In this document: positions 40,870-53,863 of the stretch, piece by piece | Position numbering within the stretch: the stretch's first letter is position 1 | Layout: each line of letters opens with the position of its first letter | NCBI GenBank assembly: GCA_951406725.2 | Contig: OX597815.1 | Coordinates: 211,296,001-211,360,000 of the forward strand | Source: Octopus vulgaris | Taxonomy: Eukaryota | DNA length: 64,000 nt | Direction: 5' to 3' | Translations under genes and position numbers: made by a program | The notes under the pieces: model-generated | Database searches by the model: none | What the model saw: the letters and a program-made list of their open reading frames with translations, nothing else | Told to the model about the DNA's origin: nothing

Positions 40870-42114
40870 GGGTATGTATGTGTGTATATAGATGTATTTG
40901 TGTGTATTTGAGTATATATATATATTTGTGTGTATATGTGTATGTATGAGTGTGTCTGAGCATGCATGTGTGTATATAAATATCTATGTTTGTATGTATG
41001 TGTGTGTATACATATATTTGTGTGTATATGCGTATGTGTGCATGTTTGGAATAGTGAAACTCAAAGTAAAAAAAGACACGAATAGTAGTGTGTAAATATT
41101 GGGTTAAAAATACCTTTGGTTTGGAAAAGTCAAAGGCCCAACTGTTGCCCCTCTCCCACACAAAATAAGAATTATTTCACATTCTCTCAAAGTTTCTAAA
41201 TTCTTACAAAGTCAACAATATACATATATATATCATTATATTATATTGTATTATATTATGCACACATACACACACATCTACTGCTTGCTAACATCCTTCC
41301 AAACAACGCTCTTCTCTTTCCATAGTCATATAAGCCATTTATAGTCATTAAATGTCTACCGGTATTTTCTATCAATGAACAACACTAACCAGCGACACAA
41401 TTTTCAGACAGTTAATCACAAGGTCTCTCTCTCTCTATTATTATATTTCTTCAGTTGAATACCTACATATTGACCAAGCGACTGATCACTCATTACTAAC
41501 TCTGTAATTCTAATGATATTAAATGTTTCCATAGGTGTAAAGAACACACAACACGAGTGTGTTACCGCTACGTATGTGTGTGTGTGCATGTGTGTGTATG
41601 TGTACACCTGTGTGTGTGTGTTTGAATGCCTTAACCAGATTTAATATCAGCATTATGTTGGCACTATCATATATCTTTTGTGGTATATGTTACAGCCATT
41701 GTTATTAAATGTTATTGTGACTGCTATAGATATCAACATTTGAAATCATGACTTTACCACCACCACTACCACCACCACCATTACCATCATCAGCAGCAGC
41801 AGCATATCAGACTATGAAAAAGAAAAAGTTTTGTCTATCAACCTCACCAGAAACACAACAATAACTACCACCAGCACCTCCAACACATCATCAACATCAT
41901 GATTGTTATTATTATTATTATGGCAACCAGATTATAAGAAACACTCAGAACACTGAAATAAAGGCCTTGGTTTCATTAGTCAAATATTGTTGTTCTGTCT
42001 TGGTTCTAGATATTCATTGTTCAAATCCCATTGTGGTTGGTATTGGTATATAGTCTTTCAAGGTGGATGAAAGTAATGCACTGAGACTGAACTAATGAAT
42101 TGAGTCTCTATTCC

Positions 42115-42810
42115 TTATTTCTTTATTACCCACAAGGGGCTAAACACAGAGGGGACAAACAAGGACGTACAAAGGGACCAAGTCAATTAGATCGATTCCA
42201 GTGCATAACTGGTATTTAATTTATCGACCCCGAAAGGACGAAAGGCGTGGGCTGCTGGGTCACTCCAAAAAGCTCTATCTACGACGATTTCATCTCAATC
42301 GAAGGAGAGGGGCTTTCTCCGTCTTGGTTGCGGATCCGTGGAATAACCTGCCGGACGAGATAGTGAAGATGCCGCCGACCGCTCGGTTTAAAGTCTCTCT
42401 TGACCAGAAATGGCCTGAACTCTTTGTATGACCACCCTCCTGTACATAACTCCCTGTCCCCCCTACATGGCCTTGCTTTTGCTTTTTGAGCCAATAAAAA
42501 TTGAATTGAATTGAAAAAAAAAAAAGGCAAAATCGACCTCGGCGGAATTTGAACTCAGAATGTAACGGCAGACGAAATACCTATTTCTTTACTACCCACA
42601 AGGGGCTAAACACAGAGAGGACAAACAAGGACAGACAAACAGATTAAGTCGATTATATCGACCCCAGTGCATAACTGGTACTTAATCTATCAACCCCGAA
42701 AGGATGAAAGGCAAAGTCGACCTCGGCAGAATTTGAACTCAGAACATAACGGCAGACGAAATACCACTAAGCATTTCACCTGGCGGGCTAACATTTCTAC
42801 CAGCTCACCT
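42115..42810 (-). mobile_element. SINE C tandem copies; the first is interrupted by a CR1 3' fragment (42247-~42520, +)
   Basis: The SINE C sequence resumes after the insert, with AAAGGC duplicated on both sides. The insert encodes GHSKKLYLRRFHLNRRRGAFSVLVADPWNNLP. Confidence 0.82.
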
Positions 42811-43636
42811 TTTGTTTTTTTTTATGAGTCTCTATTCCACCAAGGTCATCTTTGCCTTTCGTTCTTATGGGGTCAATAAAATAAGTATCAAATGAACAGT
42901 ATAATCAAGCCTTGTGCCTATAGTAAATAGAATTATTTGTGATTAATCTATATTTTGTCTCTTTTCATTTGTCTTACTCTCTTACGTTCTGGCATTTGCT
43001 AAAATTTTCTTGAGAACATTCCTTTCTTAGTGGTAAGACCATAGCGGATCTACTTCTAGGATAATGGATGTCCACATAGTGGTCATCCCTCTTATATGTA
43101 TGTAATATAATTTTTCTGTATCTTCAGATTTTAATATGCTAGACCACTGGTTTTAAATTGATATTAATCAAATTAATATTCAATTTTTCACCCTTATTAT
43201 TTTAAATTTAAATATGTTCTTTAACCGGCAAAATTCACTGCAGAAATTTATTTTTAACGTGCCAAAAAAAGACTTTTGAAAGATAACCCCAAGTGTAATT
43301 GGTAGAACTCTATACATGATCAATCTCATGTGGATGTCTCATGTATAGTTCTGCAAATTATAATTGCAAAGACAATCACACTGATGAGCTACAGACAATT
43401 ACGTGAGTAATTATGTAAATTTATGATCCATTTGTCTTGCTCGCTTACATTCTGGCGTTTGCTAAAATTTTCTTGAGAACGTTCCTTTCTTAGTGGTAAG
43501 ACCATAGCAGATCTACTTCTAGGATAATGAATGTCCACGTAGTGGTCATCCCTCTTATATACATGCTTATACATATATATATATATGTCCTTATATATAC
43601 ATACACACATTGTATTCACATCCATATAGATATGTA

Positions 43637-44790
43637 CATGGTTTGGACAAAAATAATGGAAACATCTAGCACCATAGCATCATAATTTTAAAATATCTAT
43701 AAAACCATCAAAAGCTTGTTTACTTTTTTTTTATTTATTATTAGTGTTGCTTAATATGTTTTGATAAAATTGCTGTTTCTTTTTGGATATCATGAAATAA
43801 AGGTAATTAAAATTCATTAAAATGACACATCTATCGGACTTTCGAAGCAGTCAAATTGTTGATGCTCATATAGCAGGTGCTAGCGTAACAAAAATAGCTG
43901 AAATGTTTGGTATATCAAGAAGTGCTGTCTCAAAAGTAATGACAGCCTTTAAGAAAGAGGGAAAAACCTCGTCGTCGAAACAAAACTCCAGAAGAAAACC
44001 AAAACTTTCAGATAGGGACAGTCGGACTCTTTCAGGCATTGATAGAAAGGACCACAGAAGTATAGTTCCCAAAATTACTGCAGAGCTTAATGACCACCTC
44101 GAGAATGCAGTTTCAACAAAAACTGTTCACCAAGAGCTGCATAAGGCCACATTTTATGGGAGGGCTGCAATTAGAAAACCACTTACTTTCAAAAACAAAC
44201 GTTGCAAAGCGTTTAGAGTGGAATAAAACCCTACGGAACTGGTCCCTAGAGCAGTGGAAGAATGTTATTTTCTTAGACGAGTCATCCTTTACCCTATTTC
44301 CGACCACCGGCCATGTATACATGTGGAGACATCAAAAAGAAGCATTTGACCCAGGCTGCCTTCTTCTAAGTGTTAAACATGGAGAAGGATCTGTTTTGAC
44401 CTGAGAGGCTATATCTTGGAAATCCACTGGCCCAATGGTTTCCCTTCATGGCAGAATTAATAGTCAACACTATTTAAGCATTTTATCTGATCAAATTCAT
44501 CCTCCAGTTGCAGAACTGTTTCCAGGGAAAAACCCAACCTTTCATGATAATAATGCACCAATTCACACGGCAAAAGTTATTACTGAATGGCATGAGGAAC
44601 ATTCTAGTGAAGTTGAACATCTTATCTAGCCACCACAGTCCCCAGATCTCAATATTATTGAATATTTATGGTGCATTTTAGGAAAACAAGTAAGGAGTCG
44701 AATTCTCCACCATCATCACTACAAGAATTGGAGACTGTTTTAGCTGAAGAATGGACTTGTACAATTCAAACTTGGTACAAGTCCATACCT
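43637..44790 (+). mobile_element. Tc1-like transposon fossil (DD36E spacing); transposase pseudogene 43822-~44790
   Basis: TA-CATGGTTTGGACAAAA left end; HTH region (ORF 43822); VIFLDES, FHDNNAPIH and SPDLNIIE motifs; a frameshift and two W-to-stop changes; right TIR not found. Confidence 0.88.
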
Positions 44791-45406
44791 CAAAGAATTC
44801 AAGCTGTCTATTTATAAATGTTCTAAAATCTTTCAGTGGAAATATTTATGCAGATTCAAATCTATGTCTTGTGCTGCTTTCTCTAATATAATTCCAGTAC
44901 AAGTTGTACATATAAATGATGACTGATGCAGTATTGAACGAAATTAAATATAAAATCTAGGAATACTTTTTTTTTCCAGTATGTCTGGCATCAAAGTTTA
45001 TAGAACATTAAGGTCACCCTTCATAGAGGAGCAAAGCTGAACTTTTGAATGGCATCATACTCAACATTTTGCTATGGACTGCGATACTTGACTTAGTGTG
45101 GTGACAGCCATCATCAAACACAAATATACAATGATAAAGAGGAATTTGTTAAGATTCATGGTTCCATTATTTACATATTTATAGATTAACATCAAGACAG
45201 GGAAGATAACAAAATGGAAATCTCTATAGTCAAACCTTTAGAGTTTATTTGAATGGAAGCAGCTCAAGTAGTTTAGATATAATGTTGTACCATGTTTATA
45301 TGATTTCCAATTCAATATAATATAGCTTGCTTCAGACTTAAAATCTTCATTATATACACACATGCACACCATCTGTCTGTCTGTATGTATGTATATATGT
45401 ATGTGT

Positions 45407-45447
<41 letters not shown>

Positions 45448-45671
45448 TGGCAAATATACTTCACGATGTCGTGCAGCAACTGTTTATTCCTCGCTCAGAG
45501 ATTTAATATTACTTATATATATGCACTATTTCATATGAATCAATGTCACACTGGGGTCACTTCACAAAGAGACTGATAAGAGAAGAGGTAAAAAGGGAGA
45601 AAGAGAATGAGTAATTGAAAGATGACACTTTGTAACATTCAACACATGCTTTGAAATAATAATAATAAATG

Positions 45672-45710
<39 letters not shown>

Positions 45711-46006
45711 GAAGATGAGAAAAGAATGACACTGCTTTGTAACAATGACACTCATTTACAACTTTTATGTGATGTCAAAACAAAGAGGCACAAATCCACA
45801 CACAAACATATACACAAACACACACACACACACACACATATATATCTATATTTACGGAGTTAACTGGTACTCCTCAATAAAATAAGTTATGCTTCTAATT
45901 TTAATAAATTTTTCTTTAATACTATTAAATCTTATTGATTATTTCAAAATGTATAGTTTAATTATAATGTCTTCATTTATGTTGTAAATTTATTTTATGT
46001 TATTTA

Positions 46007-46113
46007 GACCAGAAGAGTGGCTATGTATCTTTGGATCGAAGAATTATTCATTTTTGAGATTATCAATCTTGATATTGTCAATTTAAATATATCGTCACGA
46101 AACATGCGTCGTC
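46007..46113 (+). ncRNA. Putative type I hammerhead with long stem II and one core mismatch
   Basis: GAC-CAGAAGA-GTGGC...GTCAC-GAAAC ATGC GTC-GTC. Confidence 0.45.
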
Positions 46114-46241
46114 ATTTTAATGTGTATTATTTACTATAATAATTTCTAGTACAATATTGATAACATATTTAAATGTATATTTTATTATGGATAATATTTT
46201 TCATTATTAATTGAATTACTTTATGGAGGTTCTGTCTTTAA

Positions 46242-46278
<37 letters not shown>

Positions 46279-46281
<3 letters not shown>

Positions 46282-46538
46282 TAAAACGGTAAGATAACAA
46301 AAGAAAGAAAGAGACCTCAATATTATGTAAATAGAGGAAATTTATCTATACAATATGTTACATTACTCGGTAGTCAAGATAAAACTCTGAGTTTCAGATG
46401 CCGAAGTGGAAATCCACAACACCATCTCTTCGGTTATCTGGTTATGTTTCCAGATAACCGAAGAGATGGTGTTGTGGATTTCCACTTCGGCATCTGAAAC
46501 TCAGAGTTTTATCTTGACTATCGAGTAATGTAACATAT
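46279..46538. mobile_element. Foldback element with near-perfect ~89 bp arms (46353-46441 / 46450-46538); putative inverted Penelope pLTRs
   Basis: Reverse-complement arms with one visible mismatch and an 8 nt loop; flanked by (TA)n; second copy at 9751. Confidence 0.88.
46452..46514 (+). ncRNA. Putative hammerhead ribozyme, CCGANGA variant (mirror copy 46377-46439 -)
   Basis: AGAUAA-CCGAAGA-GAUG...CAUC-U-GAAA-CUC A GAG-UU-UUAUCU. Confidence 0.55.
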
Positions 46539-47083
46539 ATAGATATATATATTATAATGAATAAGGAATGAAAATGATGTCTATGTGACGATCAAGAATG
46601 GCTGTTTATATTCTACTTATGTTACACATATGGAGATTGTTAAATGTTGCATAACAATAAAACAAAATGTCCATTTCATTTCATCAGGTGTTTTGTAGAA
46701 TCATCAAAACAGTTCGCATCTTACTACTTCATTAACAAGGCTTTGACCAACCTGAAATTATTGTAGAAGACAATTGCCAAAAGTCCCACTGTGCAACACT
46801 TTGGGAAAAATGTCTTCTTTGTGCAAGTTTTTGGAAGCAAACTTCTTGAAAGCACACCCGCATCCCCTACATCTCCTTCTTGCCTTGCATAACAAAAAGT
46901 ACAAGTCTTTATGTTCTATTGTTATTTGTGGGAATTTGATTTAGTAATGTATTTATGTAAAGAAATAGATTGCTCAATAATAGGATAAGGTTTATGAAAT
47001 AAATGACATAGGTTTTCATAACACTGTACTTTTTCAGAAGTAGTACTGCAAATATTAAATGATAAATATGTAAAATTATATAG

Positions 47084-47452
47084 CTACGAGCAAAACACCC
47101 CCGTCCAATGGACAGTGCTGAGTTGTCAAACATTTAAACCAAATTTTCTCAAAACAACTTGTCTGACCGTCCCATAGGCCACCCCTTTGAGAAACACTGA
47201 TTTAATCTAAATTTGAGACACCAGCAAAAGATGGATTTCAACTGATGTATTTGCATGTACAAATGCACGTTTCCACGGCTTTATCGATCGCATTCTCACC
47301 TGGAATCGATTTTTGTAATTCTTTCAAGACTTATACACGCCCTGATACCGTCGGTATCTGTATAGCAAATTTGAGCACAATCAGATGGAGGATGCCCGAG
47401 ATCCTAGAAAACACACAGACAGACAGACAGAACGGATTTTATATAAAAGATT
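47084..47452 (-). mobile_element. Helitron-like non-autonomous element, family 3
   Basis: 5' TC plus (CTGT)n; 3' hairpin GTCCATTGGAC; ends CTCG|T; copy at 62332-62791. Confidence 0.7.
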
Positions 47453-47757
47453 AAAGTTTATGGCATATGTAGCACAATCGACGATTCTTAGGATATAAAA
47501 TGCTCTTCATTGTTTAATTTTTTATTTTTATCATTACCCAATTTCTATTGAAATACATTGATTTTGTTTCAGTTAAGTTTGAAATTAAGGAAGAATTTAG
47601 AAAGTTTATTTTGTCATTATTAAGTGTTGGGAACGTAAGTCAACATGAAATTTTGGTGGAAGGTTTTAGCTTAAATCACTTTAAAACAGGAAGTTAGTAT
47701 TATAGAATTAGGGACAGTCGCAAGCAGGTTGGTATCATAAGGGTTAAGGAAATTATC

Positions 47758-47981
47758 TTAACCCTTTCATTACCAACCCGGCTGAAACCGGATCTGGCTC
47801 TGAGTACAAATGTTTTATTTTCATAAGTTTTGAATTAAAATCCTCCACCAAACCTCAGTCACAATTTATGTTCCTAACACTAGCTGAATGATAACTAAGT
47901 TATTTTACTAAATTCTTTGTTATATTTAAAGTAATTGAAAGAAAGAGCATCTCAACAGAAATACAGTAACAAAAGGGTGAA
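47758..47981 (+). mobile_element. piggyBac-like MITE
   Basis: TTAA-CCCTTTCATTAC...GTAACAAAAGGG TIRs; copy at 50938-51172, fragment at 51474, and an inverted diverged copy ending at ~47747. Confidence 0.75.
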
Positions 47982-48480
47982 AGTTACTGATAGAAAATAA
48001 AATTAGATTGTAGATTTGCTGGCCGGCTGACTGGTTGGCTGGATGGACAGACAGATGTAGAGACAGACAGATGGAGAGATGGATAGATGGATAAATGGAG
48101 AGAATGATGGATAACTGAATGGTAGAAGGAGATGAGAAAGAAGAATAAATCCCAGTTCTTGAGCAATTGTTTATTTCTTGATGCTTAAGTTATGAAAAAA
48201 TTGAAGTTGACTTTAATATGCTCTCAGCTCAGACTACAAAGAACCAAAATAATTTCAACAAACCGTTTGTCTGATGATTCTGCCAATTCACCTACAAATT
48301 TTATAACAACTTTTTTTTTGGTAACTCACCTTTTTCTCTTTTGTTAAACTTCATTTAAAAAAAAAAAATTCCTTTGCTATTTAACTATACAAGTTGTAAC
48401 TGGAATGAGATTTGTAGAAACAAAATTTTTTTCCCTACTAGGTTGTCATAACCAAGTTATTATCAAATAGATATACTCAC

Positions 48481-48544
48481 CTCTGTATTACAGATTCTGT
48501 ATCGTTTCCTCTCCCCAATACAGTATTTTCCTCCATGAGAAGGT
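48481..48544 (-). CDS. ADAMTS exon: second half of TSR1, (P)PSHGGKYCIGERKRYRICNTE
   Basis: TTTTTTAG acceptor, GTGAGT donor; 64 nt, phase 2/0, which fits both neighbours. GGKYCxGERKRYRxCN resembles ADAMTS6/7/10/12. Confidence 0.93.
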
Positions 48545-48878
48545 CTAAAAAAGGGAAAGAAATACACATACACACCATGAGTAAATATCAAAGTAACTAA
48601 ATGAAATGCTATATATGTAAATGAGAATGAGTGTTTAATACTGCATTGACGGATAAAAATTCTTTATTTTTATATTAAGGTTATCATTGGTTTCATGTCA
48701 AGAAATATCTTAACAAATTTTCAAGCCAATCACTAAGAAAAATTGGTATTTTACTCCAAAATGGAGATGAACACTCATTCCCTTTTTGTGATTAGCATGA
48801 AAAATTGATAAGATATTTCTTAACGTGAACTCAATGGTAGCCTTAATACACAAAAAAAGTGTATGTGTGTGTATATAT

Positions 48879-48922
<44 letters not shown>

Positions 48923-48994
48923 TGTGACCGTGTGTGTACCGTTGGCGCCTTTTTTTCCTCTGTCTTCCCTTCTCTGGATCTTTCCTTCTCCTAT

Positions 48995-49029
48995 GTTTCT
49001 GACGAAGAGCTCCGCTCGAAACGTTAAAC
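48995..49029 (+). ncRNA. Canonical minimal Penelope-type hammerhead ribozyme in a pLTR-like remnant (48920-49130)
   Basis: GUUU-CUGACGA-A-GAGC UCC GCUC-GAA-ACGU-U-AAAC with palindromic stem III. The downstream flank recurs at 32457-32535. Confidence 0.72.
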
Positions 49030-49129
49030 CCTCCTTCTTTCCTTCTTCCCTGAGCGTCCAATAATACTATATTTGTTCCATGTCCTCGCTTTGTTGTGTT
49101 TTTCTGTGCTTTCTTGTTTGGATTAACTT

Positions 49130-49189
<60 letters not shown>

Positions 49190-49190
<1 letters not shown>

Positions 49191-49836
49191 TGGGTCATCC
49201 TATAAATAATGCAGCTTTTCAATTGCATGAACTAAGAGTCGGAGGGGAATGGGATAAACTACGTACATCAACTTGCTATAAAAGCAGGTAGTAATTTTGC
49301 CTTGTATTTATTCTTAGTGCAAGTTTAAAAGAGTGCAGTTCAATTTTAACAGTTATTTTTTCAAAGCTGGAAGTGACAAAGGAGCATATTCAGCAGATCT
49401 TGCTTCATGAATTCAATAAAGGCAACAACACAATGGAAAATGTGAGGAATATTAACGCAGTATATGGGGATTGGACAATAAGCCAGTGTGAACAGTGATT
49501 CCAGAAATTCTGAGCTGGAACCTACAGCCTAGAAGCTGAGCCTTCTCCTGGAAGATCTGTAGAGCTCAGCAAGGATGCTCTGCCAGGAACAAAATCCAAT
49601 CATAACTATTGAGGAACTAGTAGAAAAGCTTGGATTTGATCCTTCAACCATTCATTGACACCTGTGTGCCATCAGAAAAGCCAACAAATTGGATCAATGG
49701 GTTCCTCACAAACTCTCCGAGCCTAATCACATGCAGAGAGTGAATGTGTGCTCTTCTTTGCTGTCACATCTCACGAATGAACCTTTTTTGGACTGAATAG
49801 TGACTGGTGATGAGAAATGGGTTCACTAAAAAATGT
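49190..49836 (+). mobile_element. Mariner transposon fossil (5' half), truncated by a SINE A copy (49850-50160, -)
   Basis: TTGGGTCATCC end after (TA)n; LLHEFNKG, WVPHKL and IVTGDEKWV motifs with in-frame stops. Confidence 0.85.
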
Positions 49837-50937
49837 CATGCCCCGAGTAAGCCTAGTACTTATTCTATTGGTCTCTTTTGCTGAACTGCTAAGTTACGGG
49901 GGACATAAACACACCACCATCGGTTGTCAAGCAATGCTAGGGGGACAAACACAGACACACACACACATACATACATACATATATACATACATATATACGA
50001 CGGGCTTCTTTCAGTTTCTGTTTACCAAATCCACTCACAAGGCTTTGGTCAGCCCGAGGCTATAGTAGGAGACACTTGCCCAAGATGCCATGCAGTGGGA
50101 CTGAAGCCGGAACCATGTGGTTGGTAAGCAAGCTACTTACCACACAGCCACTCCTGCACCTACCAAAAAGTGCAAACATTAGATAAATTTTTTTCAAATT
50201 CTTGGAAAGCTCCCTAGAAATAGATGATATCTTCTTTTACCTAAATGAACTAATCAGCTGTGTCCTGAAAGCATAGCCAGAGTAAGAGTGAGCTGGAGAA
50301 AAGTTCAATGAGCTATTAGTCCTATTGGTAACAAAGGAATTTTCTCTTTCAATGGAGAACATATTTTATGGAAATTGTGTATAAAATGCAATTTTGCATA
50401 ATAGCAAAATATGAGTATGGGATGTAGAGTTGAACAAAGGCTGGAAAGAAATTGGGCAAACAGGTTTTGTTGGATGTATAATGTTAATGAGCATGAATGG
50501 CAGAGTTCAAATGAGTTGAGAGAAACACTAGATCTAAAGAGAAATCAGATGTAGTGTTTTAAGGATAAGAGCTAGCTGTTATGAATGTGTGAAACATGTG
50601 GAGGATTACAGATGGGTTGGGAGGTGCCAAGGGATTCAGATATAAAGAACCCAGAGGAAGAGGACGACTGAGGAAGACCTGACAAGATATAAAAAGGGTT
50701 AACCACCAAGAGCTGAACCTCATGAAGGAGATGACAAATCACTGCTAGAAATGGTGAGACACTGCTTTGGTAAAAACTCACCCAACCTACACATAAAAAT
50801 GATGGTAATGATATCATTATGCTTACCATTCGGCAACATTATCATCATCATCATGATTTTCATCAACATTTTAGTTCAATATAGCATGGCCTATCACAAA
50901 ATAGCAGCCAAAGTCCTTCAAGCTACACTATAATGTC

Positions 50938-51172
50938 TTAACCCTTTCGTTACCAACCCGGCTGAAACCGGCTCTGGCTCTTGCTCTTTAGTACAAATGT
51001 CTTGTTTTCATAAGTTTTGAATTTAAATCTTCCACCAAACCTTAGTCACAATTTATGTTCCTAACACTAGCTCAATGATAACGATGTTATTTTACTAAAT
51101 TCTTTATTATATTTAAAATAATTGGAAGAAACACAGAGAATCTCAAAATAAATACAGTAACGAAAGGGCTGA
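50938..51172 (+). mobile_element. piggyBac-like MITE (second copy)
   Basis: TTAA-CCCTTTCGTTAC...GTAACGAAAGGG. Confidence 0.78.
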
Positions 51173-51723
51173 ATAAATAAAAGTCACTTTGGACAATGTT
51201 GTCCAGCACACTTCTAAAAAGACAGGATGGTCATGGAACCCTTACCTTTGACCATAAATCTGCTCAGTTAAGATTCCCCTGGAACTAAACTACAACTCCT
51301 CTGTACATTTTCACACAACAAATGTTAGTCATTTGCATAATCCTTCAAACCACTTCCACTGCACATACTGGCTAATGATCAAAGGTATTCTAACCATGAC
51401 CATCCCATCTTTTCCAGCAGAGTTTATCTCAGACTACATTATCCGCTATGTCCTTCCTTTTTTTTTTTTGTTATTAACCCTTTCATTACTGTATTTATTT
51501 TGAGATGCTCTGTGTTTCTTTCAATTAATTTTAAATATAACAAAGAATTGTCATTTCTGTTTTTTTTTTTTCCAGAACACCAGCTCTTCGGAGTGTTCTG
51601 CTTATGTCTTATGGGTACCTAAACAACAGCATCTGTTGTTCCGTTGCCAAATGGTGAAGGGGTACAAACACAAAGCCGAAAACAGACAGACAGACAGACG
51701 TAGATAGCTAGCTACCTAGATAG

Positions 51724-51754
<31 letters not shown>

Positions 51755-52387
51755 GATAGATAAGTTTCTTTATTGGCCACACAGGGCTGCACACAGATGG
51801 GACAAATTACAAGGTAGAGCTTTTCTTTTTGGGGATGAAAAAAAAAACAAAAAACAAAAAAGAGAAACAAAAAAAAAGTGGCTTAGGTTTTCGATCAAAA
51901 GGGATCGTGAAAGGGGAAAAAAGAAACAAAAGAAAAAGGAGAAAAGAAGAAAAAAGAGGAAAAAAGGGGAAGAGGAAAAAAAACCCAAAAGAAACATCAA
52001 TAGGGATCGTGTATCCCAGTGTCATGATGTACGGTGTAAAGTGGATGTATGGATGGATGGATGGATGGATATGCAACGTATTTTGCTATATTCAATCTTG
52101 TTATTTTAAGTATGTTGGAAAGGGAGCAAAAGAAAGAAAACAATAAATAAAATGATGGGAATACAAGGGAAATAAACCAAGCAAGAACTTAATGCTTTTA
52201 AGAGTTGCTTCCCTTTCAGATAGTATTTCTTTTTATTTTAATCTTTTTTTATAAGATGTGTTCGTTTACATAAAGAAGAGTTCAGTTGTGCTATTTGAGC
52301 TAGGGCCTTTCTCCAAACAACTTGAGAATAAAGTGTAAGGGGAAAAGTAAGAAAAGGTAAAATTCTATTTGAATATATACAGATACA

Positions 52388-52552
52388 GGCGCAGGAGTGG
52401 CTGTGTGGTAAGTAGCTTGCTAACCAGCCACATGGTTCCGGGTTCAGTCCCACTGTGTGGCATCTTGAGCAAGTGTCTTCTGCTATAGCCCCGGGCCGAC
52501 CAATGCCTTGTGAGTGGATTTGGTAGACGGAAACTGAAAGAAGCCTGTCGTA

Positions 52553-52604
<52 letters not shown>

Positions 52605-52830
52605 CGCGTGTATGTTTGTGTGTGTCTGTGTTTGTCCCCCTAGCATTGCTTGACAACCGATGCTGGTGTGTTTACGTCCCCGTCACTTAGCGGTTTGGCA
52701 AAAAGAAACCGATAGAATAAGTACTGGGCTTACAAAGAATAAGTCCTGGGATCGATTTGCTCGTCTAAAGGCAGTGCTCCAACATGGCCGCAGTCAAATG
52801 ACTGAAACAAGTAAAAGGGTAAAGAGAGTA
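52388..52830 (+). mobile_element. SINE family A, full length
   Basis: GGCGCAGGAGTGGCTGTGTGGTAAG head through the GAAACAAGTAAAAG tail. Confidence 0.88.
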
Positions 52831-53828
52831 TACAATGGTATACTGACGAGCAAGAGAGAGTAAGAGAAACAAAAGAAGAGAAAGAGACAGCATCTGCATG
52901 GTCATTGGGCATGCTAGAAATAGCAGCTAAATTCCTCTTAATCACTTAGATAATGTAGTCGACAAAGACAAGGTGGTCACAGCTCAAGTCCCTTTGATCA
53001 TAGAACTGATCCAAGACTACACAACAACAGTACACGGAGAAACCTAATATAGAAAAATAGGCATTGCTTGAGTTCCAAAATATAGATGATTCTCTCCCCA
53101 AAACACACCCTAATGTCTTATAAAAGGAAGGTGATACTGAATAACATATACTTAGATATACCACTAATGAAATTAAAGGTGTGTTAATATTTACCACCCA
53201 AGTGAACACACAAAACAGAGACTTTGTACACAACCCAAAATGGAATGGGTAGCCTGTTGATATTGAAGGATGTACTATTCTATACAGACTAGTAATTATT
53301 GATATCAAAGTGAGAATTGAAACAGACTTTGAAACACTGTCAATGTTTTATATAACAACTTCTCAAACGTTTTGAGCATGTTTTTGATTTGCAGACACTT
53401 TAGTTCTATGGTTAAGTATACTTAAGGAATTTTATTTAATTCTTTCGCAGGAAGGACTAGTTCGACGAGACGTGTTCTGTCCTCACCTTCGAAACACGCT
53501 GGAGTTGAACTAGGGACAGCTGATGAAGGGGATTTTTCCTTGTGTAGTTGTCTTGTACTCTGTTTTTTCGTTGTTAAAAAAATGGTCCATTCCATGCTGT
53601 TTTTACGTTTTCGTTTCTCGTTGAGTTCTACGTCTATTTGTGGTGTCCTGTACACACGTATATATATTTATATATGCATGTATATATACATGTAGATGAA
53701 GGTACGTACATATATGTTTGTATGTATGCATATATTTTATTTATTACACTATTGTATGACTGAGCGCCTTTGCGTCGATTTGATTCGATTGGATTGGTTT
53801 CGTTTCATTTCTTCTTCTTCTCTAAGCT

Positions 53829-53863
<35 letters not shown>

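Noticed and set aside
53480-53555. GAAAC...CTGATGAAGG as a permuted hammerhead
   Set aside because: Stems I and III cannot be formed convincingly.
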